The notes: generated from the letters alone by a model not told the origin. A DNA stretch of 64,000 nucleotides from Candidatus Omnitrophota bacterium (GCA_030650275.1 JAUSEK010000008.1:811-64810); one strand, 5' to 3'; counted from the first letter of the stretch, positions 9,309 to 19,295 are shown. Numbers and translations: made by a program.

Positions 9309-10276
9309 AGAAAAAGGCGTTGATCACGGGCATCACGGGTCAAGACGGCTGCTACCTGGCCCAATTCCTTTTGGGCAAAGGTTATCAGGTCCATGGCATT
9401 GTCCGTCCCAAGCAAGGACCTGATCTTAAAGGATTGCGCTATTTGGGAATTGACAGGCAGGTCCATTTGTCTTCGGCTGATCTGGCCCAAGGCCGTCAAG
9501 TTCAGAAGATCGTCGGCGCTATTAAGCCCGATGAGATATACAATTTAGCGGCCATGAGCTCCGTTGCCCGGTCATTTCAAAAGCCGTTGGAGACCATTGA
9601 ATTTAACTTGAACTCGACAACCAACGTGCTGGAGGCGGCGCGTTTGTTTGTACCTCACGCAAGGATCTATCAGGCATCATCCAGCGAGATGTTCGGAAGG
9701 GCAAGCCGGTTACCGGCCACCGAAAAAACGCCGTTCGATCCGGTCAGCCCTTACGGGATCTCCAAAGTTTTCTGCCACTGGAAGGCGCATCATTACAGGC
9801 GCATGCATCACATGTTTTGCGCCTGCGGGATCCTTTTTAATCACGAGTCCGTTTTGCGTCCCGGATATTTCGTGACCAAGAAGATCATTGCAACGGCCGT
9901 GCGCATCAAGCATGGTTCCAGGGAAAAACTTAAATTGGGGAATATCCGCGTTCAAAGGGATTGGGGCTATGCGCCGGAATATGTGAAGGCGATGTGGCTC
10001 ATGCTTCAGCAAAAAATACCGGATGATTATATTTTGGCGACGAACAAGGCGCACAGTTTGGAGGAGTTTGTCAGCACGGCTTTTGGTTATTTGGGTCTGG
10101 ATTGGAAAAAGCATGTGGTGGTGGATAAAATCCTTTTTCGTCCGAGCGATATTGATGTCAGCCGCGGTAATCCCGCGAAAATAAAGCGCGGCCTTGGCTG
10201 GGTTTATGACCTTCGGTTCAAGGACCTGATCAAATTGTTGATCGACGAAGAACAGGGATCGAGAGGAAAATTTTGA
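9305..10276 (+). CDS. gmd: GDP-mannose 4,6-dehydratase (first copy)
   Basis: N-terminus [33 protein letters not shown]; ~50% identical to the second copy at 24261. Confidence 0.85.
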   Translation: MKKKALITGITGQDGCYLAQFLLGKGYQVHGIVRPKQGPDLKGLRYLGIDRQVHLSSADLAQGRQVQKIVGAIKPDEIYNLAAMSSVARSFQKPLETIEFNLNSTTNVLEAARLFVPHARIYQASSSEMFGRASRLPATEKTPFDPVSPYGISKVFCHWKAHHYRRMHHMFCACGILFNHESVLRPGYFVTKKIIATAVRIKHGSREKLKLGNIRVQRDWGYAPEYVKAMWLMLQQKIPDDYILATNKAHSLEEFVSTAFGYLGLDWKKHVVVDKILFRPSDIDVSRGNPAKIKRGLGWVYDLRFKDLIKLLIDEEQGSRGKF

Positions 10277-11115
10277 GTCAGCGCCTGACCATATTCTCCT
10301 GCCCCAAACCATTCAAAGGGCATATTGAGATCATCCAGCGCAATGCCGTGCAAAGCTGGGCGCGTCTTTCCTTGAAGCCGCAGGTCATTTTGATAGGAGA
10401 TGAAAAAGGCGTTGAAGAAGTTGCCCGGGAATTTGGCATTGAGTACATAGGATCGATCAAACGCAATGCGTATGGGACGCCTCTTTTAAGCTCTATTTTT
10501 GAGACCGCCGGCCAAAGATCACGGGGCGAATTTCAATGTTATGTGAATGCCGATATTATCCTGACCAATAAAATAGCGGACGCGCTTGAACAATGCCCGC
10601 GCTTTTTCAAAGAGTTTTTAGGCGTTGTCCGTCGATTAGAGATCAATATTGAAAAGCCCCTGGATTTCGCGTCTGACTGGGAAAGGCAGGTTGAGGGCAT
10701 TTACAGGGAGAATGGCAAATTGCAGGACCATACAGCCATTGATTGTTTTATTTTTCCAAAAGGGATGGTGGATCATTTTCCGGATCTGGCCTTGGGACGT
10801 CCGATGTGGGACAATTGGTTTATTTATGATACCCAACGCAAGAAGATCCCGGTCATAGACCTGACGCCCGTTCTGCCGATCTATCATCAAAACCATGATT
10901 ACGCCCATTTGAAAGACAACACATGGGAAGGGCCGGAAGGGGATGAGAACCGCAGGCTGGCCGGCGGCTACAGCTATCTCTATACGATCGCGGACAGCGA
11001 CTACCTTTTAACACATAACGGCTTGAAAAAGAATACGCGACGGCATGTTTCAAAATTCATACGTCATTTAAAGACGGCTTATCACCGATATATACAACAT
11101 GATGCCGGATGGTAG
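10273..11115 (+). CDS. Hypothetical protein, possibly a GT-A-like nucleotide-sugar transferase. TTG start overlaps the gmd stop (TTGA).
   Basis: GAGAGGA RBS at 10261-10267. No internal ATG for >100 codons. No firm motif recognised. Confidence 0.35.
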   Translation: MSQRLTIFSCPKPFKGHIEIIQRNAVQSWARLSLKPQVILIGDEKGVEEVAREFGIEYIGSIKRNAYGTPLLSSIFETAGQRSRGEFQCYVNADIILTNKIADALEQCPRFFKEFLGVVRRLEINIEKPLDFASDWERQVEGIYRENGKLQDHTAIDCFIFPKGMVDHFPDLALGRPMWDNWFIYDTQRKKIPVIDLTPVLPIYHQNHDYAHLKDNTWEGPEGDENRRLAGGYSYLYTIADSDYLLTHNGLKKNTRRHVSKFIRHLKTAYHRYIQHDAGW

Positions 11116-11122
11116 GAGGGGC

Positions 11123-12073
11123 ATGAAAGAACAGACCTTGGCAAAATTACGTGTACCGGGCCAAAGCGGCGATCGGCTGACATTATGTGAAGGCGATCTG
11201 CGCAATGGAAAATTATCCGGAGCCGGGCGGAATTTTAACATCGTCCGGGGCATACCGCGGTTACTGGCAGACCGGCATGACCGCTACACCAGCAGCAGTT
11301 TTTCCAGGGAGTGGAAGGAGCTGAATGCCGGGGATGATGTGTGGGGCAGGCCGGTCAAAGAGAGGATGAGTGAGTTGAATTTCCTGGAAATCCCTTTGGA
11401 CCGGCTGAAAGGCCTGGACTTTTTAGACGTCGGCTGCGGGAATGGATTATTCGCCAGGGAAGTCGCCGCGACCTTTGGCGCCAATGTCATTGCCGTTGAT
11501 ATTTCCCAGGGGCTTGAATTGGGCAGGACAATGTCTGATGATCAAATGACCGTTGATTTTGTACAGGCGGACGTCCAATATCCGCCGTTTGCCGAGGGCT
11601 CTTTTGATATCATATGGTGCGCCGGCTCGATCCACCATACGCCTGATCCGAAGAGAACATTTCAACGCCTGGCCCCTTTGTTAAGAAAGGGAGGGCGGAT
11701 CTTTCTTTGGTTATATACGCCCGAGGAACATAAATCCCTGAAGACGGGCATTCGGAATATTGTTAAAGAAATTGTCTGCCGGCTTCCCGGGATCGCGCAG
11801 AACATGGCTGTTTATGCCATCGCTTCTTTTACCCTGGCCAAACATTTCGTGATCGTTAAAGTGTTAAGGCAAAAACTGCATGTGCCTTTGGTCTTGAAAT
11901 TTCGTCACCATCGCATGATGGCCAGAGATGCCTTTACGGTCCGCTACGACTGGCATTTGACAAAAGAAGAAGTGGCCGGATGGCATGTGCCCAACGGGTT
12001 AAAAACCATCTATTCAAAATATGTGCAAGAGAGCGACGGGCTTTGGCTTGCCGCTTTGGGAGAGAAAGTTTAA
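11123..12073 (+). CDS. Class I SAM-dependent methyltransferase (type 11-like)
   Basis: [15 protein letters not shown] motif I; GGAGGGG RBS before the ATG at 11123. Confidence 0.65.
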   Translation: MKEQTLAKLRVPGQSGDRLTLCEGDLRNGKLSGAGRNFNIVRGIPRLLADRHDRYTSSSFSREWKELNAGDDVWGRPVKERMSELNFLEIPLDRLKGLDFLDVGCGNGLFAREVAATFGANVIAVDISQGLELGRTMSDDQMTVDFVQADVQYPPFAEGSFDIIWCAGSIHHTPDPKRTFQRLAPLLRKGGRIFLWLYTPEEHKSLKTGIRNIVKEIVCRLPGIAQNMAVYAIASFTLAKHFVIVKVLRQKLHVPLVLKFRHHRMMARDAFTVRYDWHLTKEEVAGWHVPNGLKTIYSKYVQESDGLWLAALGEKV

Positions 12074-12090
12074 CGCGCGGGGTTTCATCA

Positions 12091-13941
12091 ATGTGCGGAT
12101 TTGTCGGTTTTGTAGAGTTTGGTGAGGCGCGTGCACAGCAAGAAGATCTGCTGGCGATGCGCGATCGCCTGCGTCATCGTGGTCCCGACGATGAAGGACA
12201 TTGGTTCAAGCCGGGGGCAGGGCTGGCCCATGCCCGGTTATCCATTTTAGACCTGTCTTCCAAAGCGCATCAGCCCATGCGCCGCGGGAATTTGGCGCTG
12301 GTTTATAACGGTGAGATCTACAATTACCGTCAGTTGCGCGAGGAATTGCGGGGGCTGGGACATCAGTTCACGAGCGATAGTGACACGGAAGTTCTTTTGT
12401 GCGGTTTTATACAATGGGGCACCGGCGTGCTGGCGCGTTTGGACGGCATGTTCGCTTTTGCCATTTATGATGAAAGCGCGCGCACGCTTTTTTTGGCGCG
12501 CGATAAGGCCGGCATCAAGCCGCTGGTCTATTACGCGGACGCGGGGCGTTTTGTGTTCGCCTCCGAGCTTAAAGCATTGTGGCATTACCCCGGGCTTGCC
12601 CAAGAACTTTCCGCGCAGGGGCTTGAAGATTATTTGCGCCTCGGTTACACCACGGGCCGCATCACCATGTTCAAGGGCGTCGCGCGCGTTTTGCCCGGAG
12701 AATATTTGAGCATTGACGCCGGCGGCAACGTCCACAGAGATACGTATTGGCCGGGGGTTTTCACGCCGGAGAAGGGGCTTAATTTTGCGGATGCCGCCTC
12801 CCGGTTAAAGCCGTTGCTGGCCCAAGAATTTAAAATGAGCCTGGTCAGCGATGTGCCCGTCGGTGTGTGCATCAGCGGTGGCGTGGATTCCAATGTTTTG
12901 GCCGGCATCCTGGCCAAAGAGCACGGGCTTAAAGTCAGGACGTATTCTTTGGGCGGCGCGGATGCCGCCTTTGATGAGAACCGCCAGGCCGCGGCCGTGG
13001 CCAAACATTTGGGAACGGACCACCGCGCTTTGATGATGGACCCCTCCGGGGCGCGGGCCTTACTGTTGGATACGATCAGTCATTATGATGAGCCCATGGC
13101 AGACCAGAACATGCTGTCCTTGAGGGTCATTGCCCGTCAGGCGCGCGCGGATGGGGTGAAGGTTTTGCTTTCGGGTTTGGGCGGCGATGAGCTGTTTTAC
13201 GGCTATCCCACCATTGATGTTATGGCCGGCCTTAAGGCATTGTTCTGTGTTCCCGCATCCATCAGACGTCTTTTCCCAAAACAATGGCTGGCATTTTCCA
13301 ACGCCGCGTATAAGGCGGTGCACATAGGCCAGCAAAGGGATTTTTATTCTGCCGTGTATGGCGTTACAGGCAATTGTTTTTTTGACGATGAAGTTGAGCG
13401 TCTGATGGTCCATAAGTCCCTGCCGGCGCGGGAGGACTATTTGAGGGAAACATTCGACCGTCAGCAGGCAACAGGCACAGGTATTATTGAGGCGCTCATG
13501 CGGGTGGATCTTAAGTCGTACTTGCCGGACAATGGTTTGGCCTTGTCCGATATGAGCGCCATGGCCGAAGGAGTGGAGATGCGCGTTCCTTATTTGAACG
13601 GACCGGTCATGGATCTTGCCCTGCGCGTGCCAAGCGCAGTTAAGAAACACGGGGGAGAATTTAAGGCCTTATTACGTTCCATTGAGCGTGAATATGTGCC
13701 GTCCCATTTGACCATGCCGGATAAAAAAGGGTTTTATCCGTTTGTCAAAGCCCAATGGCTTAAAGGTGAGTTCAAAGACCTGACGGAGGAATTGCTTGGG
13801 CAGGAGCATATCCGCCGCCAGGGGATCTTTGATCCACAGGCCGTTGCTTGCACGCGGCATTTGTTTGAACATTCCAACGTCAATGTTTCCGGGAAGATAT
13901 GGAATCTGCTGATGTTTGAGCTTTGGGCAGAGGCTCATTGA
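12091..13941 (+). CDS. asnB: Asparagine synthase (glutamine-hydrolysing)-like amidotransferase, AsnB/WbpS-type as found in polysaccharide loci
   Basis: N-terminal MCGFVGF (Ntn Cys2). LSGGVDS PP-loop (CISGGVDSN). 617 aa. Confidence 0.8.
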   Translation: MCGFVGFVEFGEARAQQEDLLAMRDRLRHRGPDDEGHWFKPGAGLAHARLSILDLSSKAHQPMRRGNLALVYNGEIYNYRQLREELRGLGHQFTSDSDTEVLLCGFIQWGTGVLARLDGMFAFAIYDESARTLFLARDKAGIKPLVYYADAGRFVFASELKALWHYPGLAQELSAQGLEDYLRLGYTTGRITMFKGVARVLPGEYLSIDAGGNVHRDTYWPGVFTPEKGLNFADAASRLKPLLAQEFKMSLVSDVPVGVCISGGVDSNVLAGILAKEHGLKVRTYSLGGADAAFDENRQAAAVAKHLGTDHRALMMDPSGARALLLDTISHYDEPMADQNMLSLRVIARQARADGVKVLLSGLGGDELFYGYPTIDVMAGLKALFCVPASIRRLFPKQWLAFSNAAYKAVHIGQQRDFYSAVYGVTGNCFFDDEVERLMVHKSLPAREDYLRETFDRQQATGTGIIEALMRVDLKSYLPDNGLALSDMSAMAEGVEMRVPYLNGPVMDLALRVPSAVKKHGGEFKALLRSIEREYVPSHLTMPDKKGFYPFVKAQWLKGEFKDLTEELLGQEHIRRQGIFDPQAVACTRHLFEHSNVNVSGKIWNLLMFELWAEAH

Positions 13942-13989
13942 TATTCACGCCGGGGCCCGTTATAATGACGGTTCTTCGAATGAGGATTT

Positions 13990-15024
13990 ATGGGGACCAT
14001 TAAAACAGCGGCAAAAAAGGTCATGTGGTTTCTTAGCTATCTGGGCTGGGCGTATAAATATGCCCGCCTGCGGCTGGGTTTTAACACGCTCAAAGACATT
14101 GAGATCCTGTCCATTGAATTTTCATCGGTATGCAATTTGCGCTGCAAGTATTGTTTTTTGGACCAGCTGGACCGCGCGCGGTTTTTGGACATCGCCGTTT
14201 ATGAGAAACTGATCCGCGAGATCGCCTCTAATCCGAAATACAACCTGAAGGCCATGGAGTGGCCCATCAGCGGCGAGTTTTTGGTTTACCCCCAATATAA
14301 AGAGGTCGTTGAGATCACCCGCCGGTATATGCGGCAATATCCCCATTTCCGTCCGCATGTCATCCTGAATGAGAACCTGGCTTTGCTCAACGAAGAGAAG
14401 ATCGAATTGCTTTTAGGTTCAGGCGTTCTTAAGCAGATCATCTGCAGCATCGACGGGCATGATGCCGCCACCTTTGAAGACATGCGCCCGCCGGCCAAAT
14501 TCGACCGGGTGCTGGCCAACATGCGTCTGTTGCATAAACGCAATGCCGAATTAGGCCATCCGGTGTTCATCCAGGTCAACAATGGCCGCGATGAGCGTTC
14601 ACAGGACAGGCCTTTGAGCGACGCCATGAAGGAGATCTTCCGCATGGGGGACATAGTGAGCTTCTGGAATCCAAAGTATTGGAACGAGTCCTTTAATAAG
14701 AAAGATAAAAGGTTCTTTCCCGCTAAAGGTTTTTGTTCTTTTGTTTTTAATAATGTGACGCTGGCCAGCTCCGGCAAAATATCCAAATGCTGCATGGACC
14801 TGCGGGGAGCGACCGTATACGCGGACCTCAATACCCATACGCTCGAGGAAATTTGGAATTCGCAGATGCGCCGGCAGTTTTTGGACTTGATGTTCGCCAA
14901 TAAGCGCAAGGACATCAAAGGTTGTAGCACGTGTTCCATCACCCAGACCAATAACGACAACCGTTATACCAATTGGGCGCGGACGGTGCGCCGTATATTG
15001 GCTAAAGCGGGCGGGTACGCTTAA
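13990..15024 (+). CDS. Radical SAM/SPASM-domain protein
   Basis: CNLRCKYC CxxxCxxC motif; C-terminal KCCMDLRG...GCSTCS SPASM cysteines. Confidence 0.75.
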   Translation: MGTIKTAAKKVMWFLSYLGWAYKYARLRLGFNTLKDIEILSIEFSSVCNLRCKYCFLDQLDRARFLDIAVYEKLIREIASNPKYNLKAMEWPISGEFLVYPQYKEVVEITRRYMRQYPHFRPHVILNENLALLNEEKIELLLGSGVLKQIICSIDGHDAATFEDMRPPAKFDRVLANMRLLHKRNAELGHPVFIQVNNGRDERSQDRPLSDAMKEIFRMGDIVSFWNPKYWNESFNKKDKRFFPAKGFCSFVFNNVTLASSGKISKCCMDLRGATVYADLNTHTLEEIWNSQMRRQFLDLMFANKRKDIKGCSTCSITQTNNDNRYTNWARTVRRILAKAGGYA

Positions 15025-15033
15025 AAGGAGAGA

Positions 15034-16854
15034 ATGTCAGAGACGGGTCAGTATATTTTGGGGATCTCCGCGTTTTACCACGACAGCGCCGCCTGTTTGC
15101 TCAAAGACGGCGATATCGTCGCGGCCGCGCAGGAGGAGAGATTCACCCGCAAAAAGCACGATGCCGTCTTCCCCAGGCAGGCCATTGCGTATTGCCTGCG
15201 CGAGGCGGGCATTACGATGGCGCAGGTGCGTTATGTGGCCTTTTACGAGAAACCCTTCATCAAGTTCGAACGCTTGCTGATGACATATTTGAATTACGCC
15301 CCCTGGGGCTTAAGTTCTTTCCTGAAGGCCATGCCCGTGTGGCTTAAGGAAAAGATCTTTATTAAAGAGCTTATTAAAGACGAATTGCAGTTTACCGGTG
15401 AGATCATTTTTCCGGAGCACCACGAGTCGCATGCCGCCTCCGCTTTTTTCCCCTCGCCTTTTCAAAAAGCCGCGGTCATCACCCTGGACGGTGTCGGGGA
15501 ATGGACCACGACCAGCTGGGGGACGGGGGAAGGCAATGCCGTTGAGTTAAAAAGCGAGCTCCATTTTCCCCATTCGCTGGGGCTTTTGTATTCGGCCTTC
15601 ACCTATTACGTTGGCTTCAGGGTCAACTCCGGCGAGTATAAGCTGATGGGCCTGGCGCCGTACGGTCGGCCTGAATATGCGGATCTGATCAGAAAAGAAC
15701 TGGTGGACATCAAACCGGACGGCTCATTTCGTTTAAATATGAAATATTTCAATTACCCGGTTGGATTGACCATGACCAATGCGCGTTTCCATAAGCTTTT
15801 TGGGGGAGGGCCCCGCAAGCCGGAGACGAAGATCACTCAAAAGCACATGGACATCGCCGCCTCCATCCAAAAGGTGACCGAGGAGATCATGGTCAATATC
15901 GCCAACCATGTCCATCGGCAGACCGGCCTGGATAATTTGTGTCTGGCCGGCGGGGTAGCGCTCAATTGCGTCGGCAATGGAAAAATATTAAAGCAAACGC
16001 CTTTTAAGAACGTTTGGATACAGCCGGCCGCCGGGGACGCGGGCGGCGCTTTGGGCGCCGCGCTGATCGTTTGGCACCGGTATTTGGACAAACCGCGCCG
16101 GGCAGACGGTGTCAACGACAGCCAGAAAGGTTCTTTGCTGGGGCCTGATGTGGACGGGGACATCAGGGCATTGGCAGACGCGCAGGGTTGGGTCTATGAA
16201 TATTTGTCTGATGATGCCCTTCCCGCGCGTGTGGCAGGGCTGATCGCGGAGGAAAAAGTCATCGGCTTGTGCCGCGGCCGCATGGAATTCGGGCCGCGCG
16301 CTTTGGGCAGCCGCAGTATCGTCGCCGATGCCCGTTCGGAGAAAATGCAGTCGCTGTTGAATTTGAAAGTGAAGTTCCGTGAATCATTCCGTCCCTTTGC
16401 TCCGGCGGTGCTGAAGGAGAAATGCGCGGAATATTTTGATCTTGGCGGGGAAAGCCCGTACATGCTGCTGGTCGCCGATGTTCAAGAAGGCAAGCGTTTG
16501 GATGCGCGGTCATCCGCAGAGGGGATAGAGCTTTTGAAGGTCAAACGTTCTGTTATTCCCGCGGTAACGCATGTGGACTATTCCGCCCGTGTCCAGACGG
16601 TTGATGAAGAGCGCAATCCTTTATTTTATCGTCTCATCAAGGCCTTTGAGAAGAGGACCGGCTCACCGGTCGTCATCAACACGTCGTTCAATATCCGCGG
16701 GGAACCCATCGTCTGTTCCGCCCGCGACGCGTACCGCTGTTTCATGTGCACGGACATGGATTATTTGCTGGTCGGCAATCATTTGTTCGAACGCGAACAC
16801 CAGCCGAACAAGGATGCGTATAAAAAAGAGGATATTTCAACGGTATTGGATTGA
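15034..16854 (+). CDS. Carbamoyltransferase, NodU/CmcH family
   Basis: N-terminus YILGISAFYHDSAACLLKDGDIVAAAQEERFTRKKHD; 606 aa with a C-terminal YrdC-like half. Confidence 0.85.
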   Translation: MSETGQYILGISAFYHDSAACLLKDGDIVAAAQEERFTRKKHDAVFPRQAIAYCLREAGITMAQVRYVAFYEKPFIKFERLLMTYLNYAPWGLSSFLKAMPVWLKEKIFIKELIKDELQFTGEIIFPEHHESHAASAFFPSPFQKAAVITLDGVGEWTTTSWGTGEGNAVELKSELHFPHSLGLLYSAFTYYVGFRVNSGEYKLMGLAPYGRPEYADLIRKELVDIKPDGSFRLNMKYFNYPVGLTMTNARFHKLFGGGPRKPETKITQKHMDIAASIQKVTEEIMVNIANHVHRQTGLDNLCLAGGVALNCVGNGKILKQTPFKNVWIQPAAGDAGGALGAALIVWHRYLDKPRRADGVNDSQKGSLLGPDVDGDIRALADAQGWVYEYLSDDALPARVAGLIAEEKVIGLCRGRMEFGPRALGSRSIVADARSEKMQSLLNLKVKFRESFRPFAPAVLKEKCAEYFDLGGESPYMLLVADVQEGKRLDARSSAEGIELLKVKRSVIPAVTHVDYSARVQTVDEERNPLFYRLIKAFEKRTGSPVVINTSFNIRGEPIVCSARDAYRCFMCTDMDYLLVGNHLFEREHQPNKDAYKKEDISTVLD

Positions 16855-16855
16855 T

Positions 16856-17254
16856 ATGGAACAACAGCAAAAACAATTATTGGTGTTCGGCTTCGGCTTA
16901 CCGGCGGTCCTTTTGGTCTTGGGCGCAGGCCATTGGCATCAACACGGTTTTGATGCGACGGCCGCGGCATTATTGGCCGTTGCCGGTTTTGTCCTTTTGA
17001 TCACCCTCTTTAACCGTCCTATGCTTCAGGTCCTGTTCAAGTATTGGATGAAGGCGGCAGGGCTGATCGGTGTTGTCGTCACCACGGTCATTCTGTCGGT
17101 TTTATTCTTTGGGGTATTCTCCGTCGTTGGGATCATTTTGCGGCTATTGCGCAAAGACCTGCTGCATTTACGCCTTTGCCCTGAGGCGCGTTCTTACTGG
17201 GTGATCCGCGCGCAGGATACTGAAGATCTAACCAGGTATACCCGGCAATTCTAA
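16856..17254 (+). CDS. Small polytopic membrane protein, SxtJ-like (partner of carbamoyltransferases)
   Basis: 132 aa with 3-4 hydrophobic helices. Begins 2 nt after the carbamoyltransferase stop. Confidence 0.45.
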   Translation: MEQQQKQLLVFGFGLPAVLLVLGAGHWHQHGFDATAAALLAVAGFVLLITLFNRPMLQVLFKYWMKAAGLIGVVVTTVILSVLFFGVFSVVGIILRLLRKDLLHLRLCPEARSYWVIRAQDTEDLTRYTRQF

Positions 17255-17268
17255 TTGAAGGAGGAACT

Positions 17269-17427
17269 ATGTCGAAGCTGGCTATTTTTAAGGAACTGTG
17301 GGATTTTATGAGGGTGCGCAAACGGTTTTGGCTGGCGCCCATTGTTGTTGTGCTTGTTCTGTTGGGGCTTTTGATGGTATTCGCCCAGGGTTCAGCTATG
17401 GCGCCGTTCATTTACACGTTGTTTTAG
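17269..17427 (+). CDS. 52-aa single-TM protein, DUF5989/SxtK-like (absent from the ORF track)
   Basis: GGAGGA RBS at 17258-17263. Sequence MSKLAIFKELWDFMRVRKRFWLAPIVVVLVLLGLLMVFAQGSAMAPFIYTLF matches the pattern of tiny ORFs co-occurring with NodU/CmcH-family carbamoyltransferases, as recalled from memory. Confidence 0.5.
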   Translation: MSKLAIFKELWDFMRVRKRFWLAPIVVVLVLLGLLMVFAQGSAMAPFIYTLF

Positions 17428-17430
17428 CCA

Positions 17431-18576
17431 ATGGATCAAATACGCTCCGTTAAGATCATATTCATTACCAATATGTGCACGCATTACACCAGGCCTTTGT
17501 TCGAGATCCTGGCCGGGCGTTATGACGCGGGCTTTTATTTTACGGGCGGGCATGAGGGGTACTGGCATAAACAAAATGAATTAAAACCGGGAAATTTCCG
17601 GGGAAGGTATTTGCGCGGCCTGTTGCTGCCCGGCCATGTCAAGATCACCCCCGGGCTGTTGTGCCTGCCGTGGCGGGGATGCGACGCGGTGATCAAGACG
17701 ATCGATGACCGTTTTGCTTTGCCGTTGGCATTTTGCGCGGCAAAATTGTTCAGAAAACCTTTTGTTCTGTGGACGGGGCTGTGGGCGCATCCGCAAACAC
17801 CCGTGCACCGCTGGACATTTGCTTTGACCAGATCCATTTACCGGCGCGCGGATGCCATTGTGACTTATGGGGAGCATGTGCGCCGGTATTTGATGGACAT
17901 CGGCATTGACGGGCGTAAGATATTTTGTGCCCCGCATGCCACGGACAATGCGGTGTATGACCGGCCGGCCACTGACGCGCAGAAAGCGGAATTAAAAAAG
18001 CAGCTGGGGATCGCGGCGGATGAGAGGATCATCCTTTACGTCGGTCGTTTGGAAGACGGCAAGGGGCTTGATCATCTGATCGAAGCGGCGGCGTCTTTCA
18101 AGAGAGTTGGCGTGACGCTTTTATTGGCCGGTACCGGGTCTAAAGAAACGGGTCTGCGCGCTATGTGTACAAATCGTGGCGTGAGGGCTGTTTTTGCGGG
18201 GCATGTGCCGAATGAACAATTGTATGTGTATTATGCCCTCGCGGACATTTTTGTATTACCGTCGGTGACAACCGCGGATTTTAAGGAACCGTGGGGCATG
18301 GTCATCAATGAGGCCATGAACCAGGGGTGCGCGGTGGTGACGACCGATGCGGTCGGGGCCGCGGCCGGCGGGCTGGTCGAGGACGGCAAAAACGGCTTGA
18401 TCGTGCGGGAAAAGGACAGTAAGGCCTTGGCGGGCGCATTTGAACGTTTGTTCAACGATGAACGCTTGCGCCGTGACATGGGGACAGCCGGCCGCGCAAA
18501 GATCAGTGGTTGGACACCGCGGCAGGCGGCACAAGGGTTTGTGAAGGCCCTGGAATATGTTCAAAGTGACCATTAA
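17431..18576 (+). CDS. Glycosyltransferase family 4
   Basis: EPWGMVINEAMNQGCAVVTTDAVG (E-x7-E motif). Confidence 0.75.
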   Translation: MDQIRSVKIIFITNMCTHYTRPLFEILAGRYDAGFYFTGGHEGYWHKQNELKPGNFRGRYLRGLLLPGHVKITPGLLCLPWRGCDAVIKTIDDRFALPLAFCAAKLFRKPFVLWTGLWAHPQTPVHRWTFALTRSIYRRADAIVTYGEHVRRYLMDIGIDGRKIFCAPHATDNAVYDRPATDAQKAELKKQLGIAADERIILYVGRLEDGKGLDHLIEAAASFKRVGVTLLLAGTGSKETGLRAMCTNRGVRAVFAGHVPNEQLYVYYALADIFVLPSVTTADFKEPWGMVINEAMNQGCAVVTTDAVGAAAGGLVEDGKNGLIVREKDSKALAGAFERLFNDERLRRDMGTAGRAKISGWTPRQAAQGFVKALEYVQSDH

Positions 18577-19291
18577 ACATTATTTTGATTTTGGCGGTAT
18601 ATCCCGGACCGTCAACGGTCCTGTGCACAGCGCCCAGGCCTGGGATGCCCTGCGGCTTGAAAGCGCGCCGTCAAATATTTTTGCCATTCCCCCCGGACGT
18701 CAGGAATGGCTGAAGCGCTGCCATGAAGAAGCGTTTGTTGAAGAACAGGCGCGGGGTATCGCGGAGATTATCCGCGGCCGGTTCACGCGGGTCAATTCTT
18801 ACGGGGCGGGTCCCGGTTTCCTGGAATTTTTTATCAAACAGCAATGCCCGGATGTTCTTTTACAATGTTCCGATTATACGGCTAAAAGCATGGAACGCTT
18901 GCGGCAGGTATTCACTGAGGCGGATGAGATCACGGCCTTTGACATGCTCAAGGACCCATGGCAGAATACGGACAAGGGCACGCTGCATTTATTATACCGG
19001 GTGGATACTGTTTTGGACAATGACCAGTGGCGTGCGGTCTTCAAAAAGATGTGTTCAGCCGGGATCAGGGATGTTTTATTTCTTCCGTGCGAGTTTTTGA
19101 CGGCGCGCCGCTGGCTTGGGCAGATCCTCAAGCGCCGGTTGTGGCCTTTGTTGGGCAAAAAGGTCGCTTTTGCCGGGTATTTACGCACTAAGGCGCAGTT
19201 TTTGGATTTTTTTCGCGGCGCGTATACCGTTGAGCGGGAAGTGGAATTGGCCGGCCGCATGCGGGGATTTTTATTAACCGGTAAGGGATAA
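18557..19291 (+). CDS. Hypothetical protein, possible class I methyltransferase
   Basis: VNSYGAGPGFLE G-rich loop; overlaps the upstream GT end by 20 nt. Confidence 0.35.
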   Translation: MFKVTIKHYFDFGGISRTVNGPVHSAQAWDALRLESAPSNIFAIPPGRQEWLKRCHEEAFVEEQARGIAEIIRGRFTRVNSYGAGPGFLEFFIKQQCPDVLLQCSDYTAKSMERLRQVFTEADEITAFDMLKDPWQNTDKGTLHLLYRVDTVLDNDQWRAVFKKMCSAGIRDVLFLPCEFLTARRWLGQILKRRLWPLLGKKVAFAGYLRTKAQFLDFFRGAYTVEREVELAGRMRGFLLTGKG

Positions 19292-19295
19292 AGCG

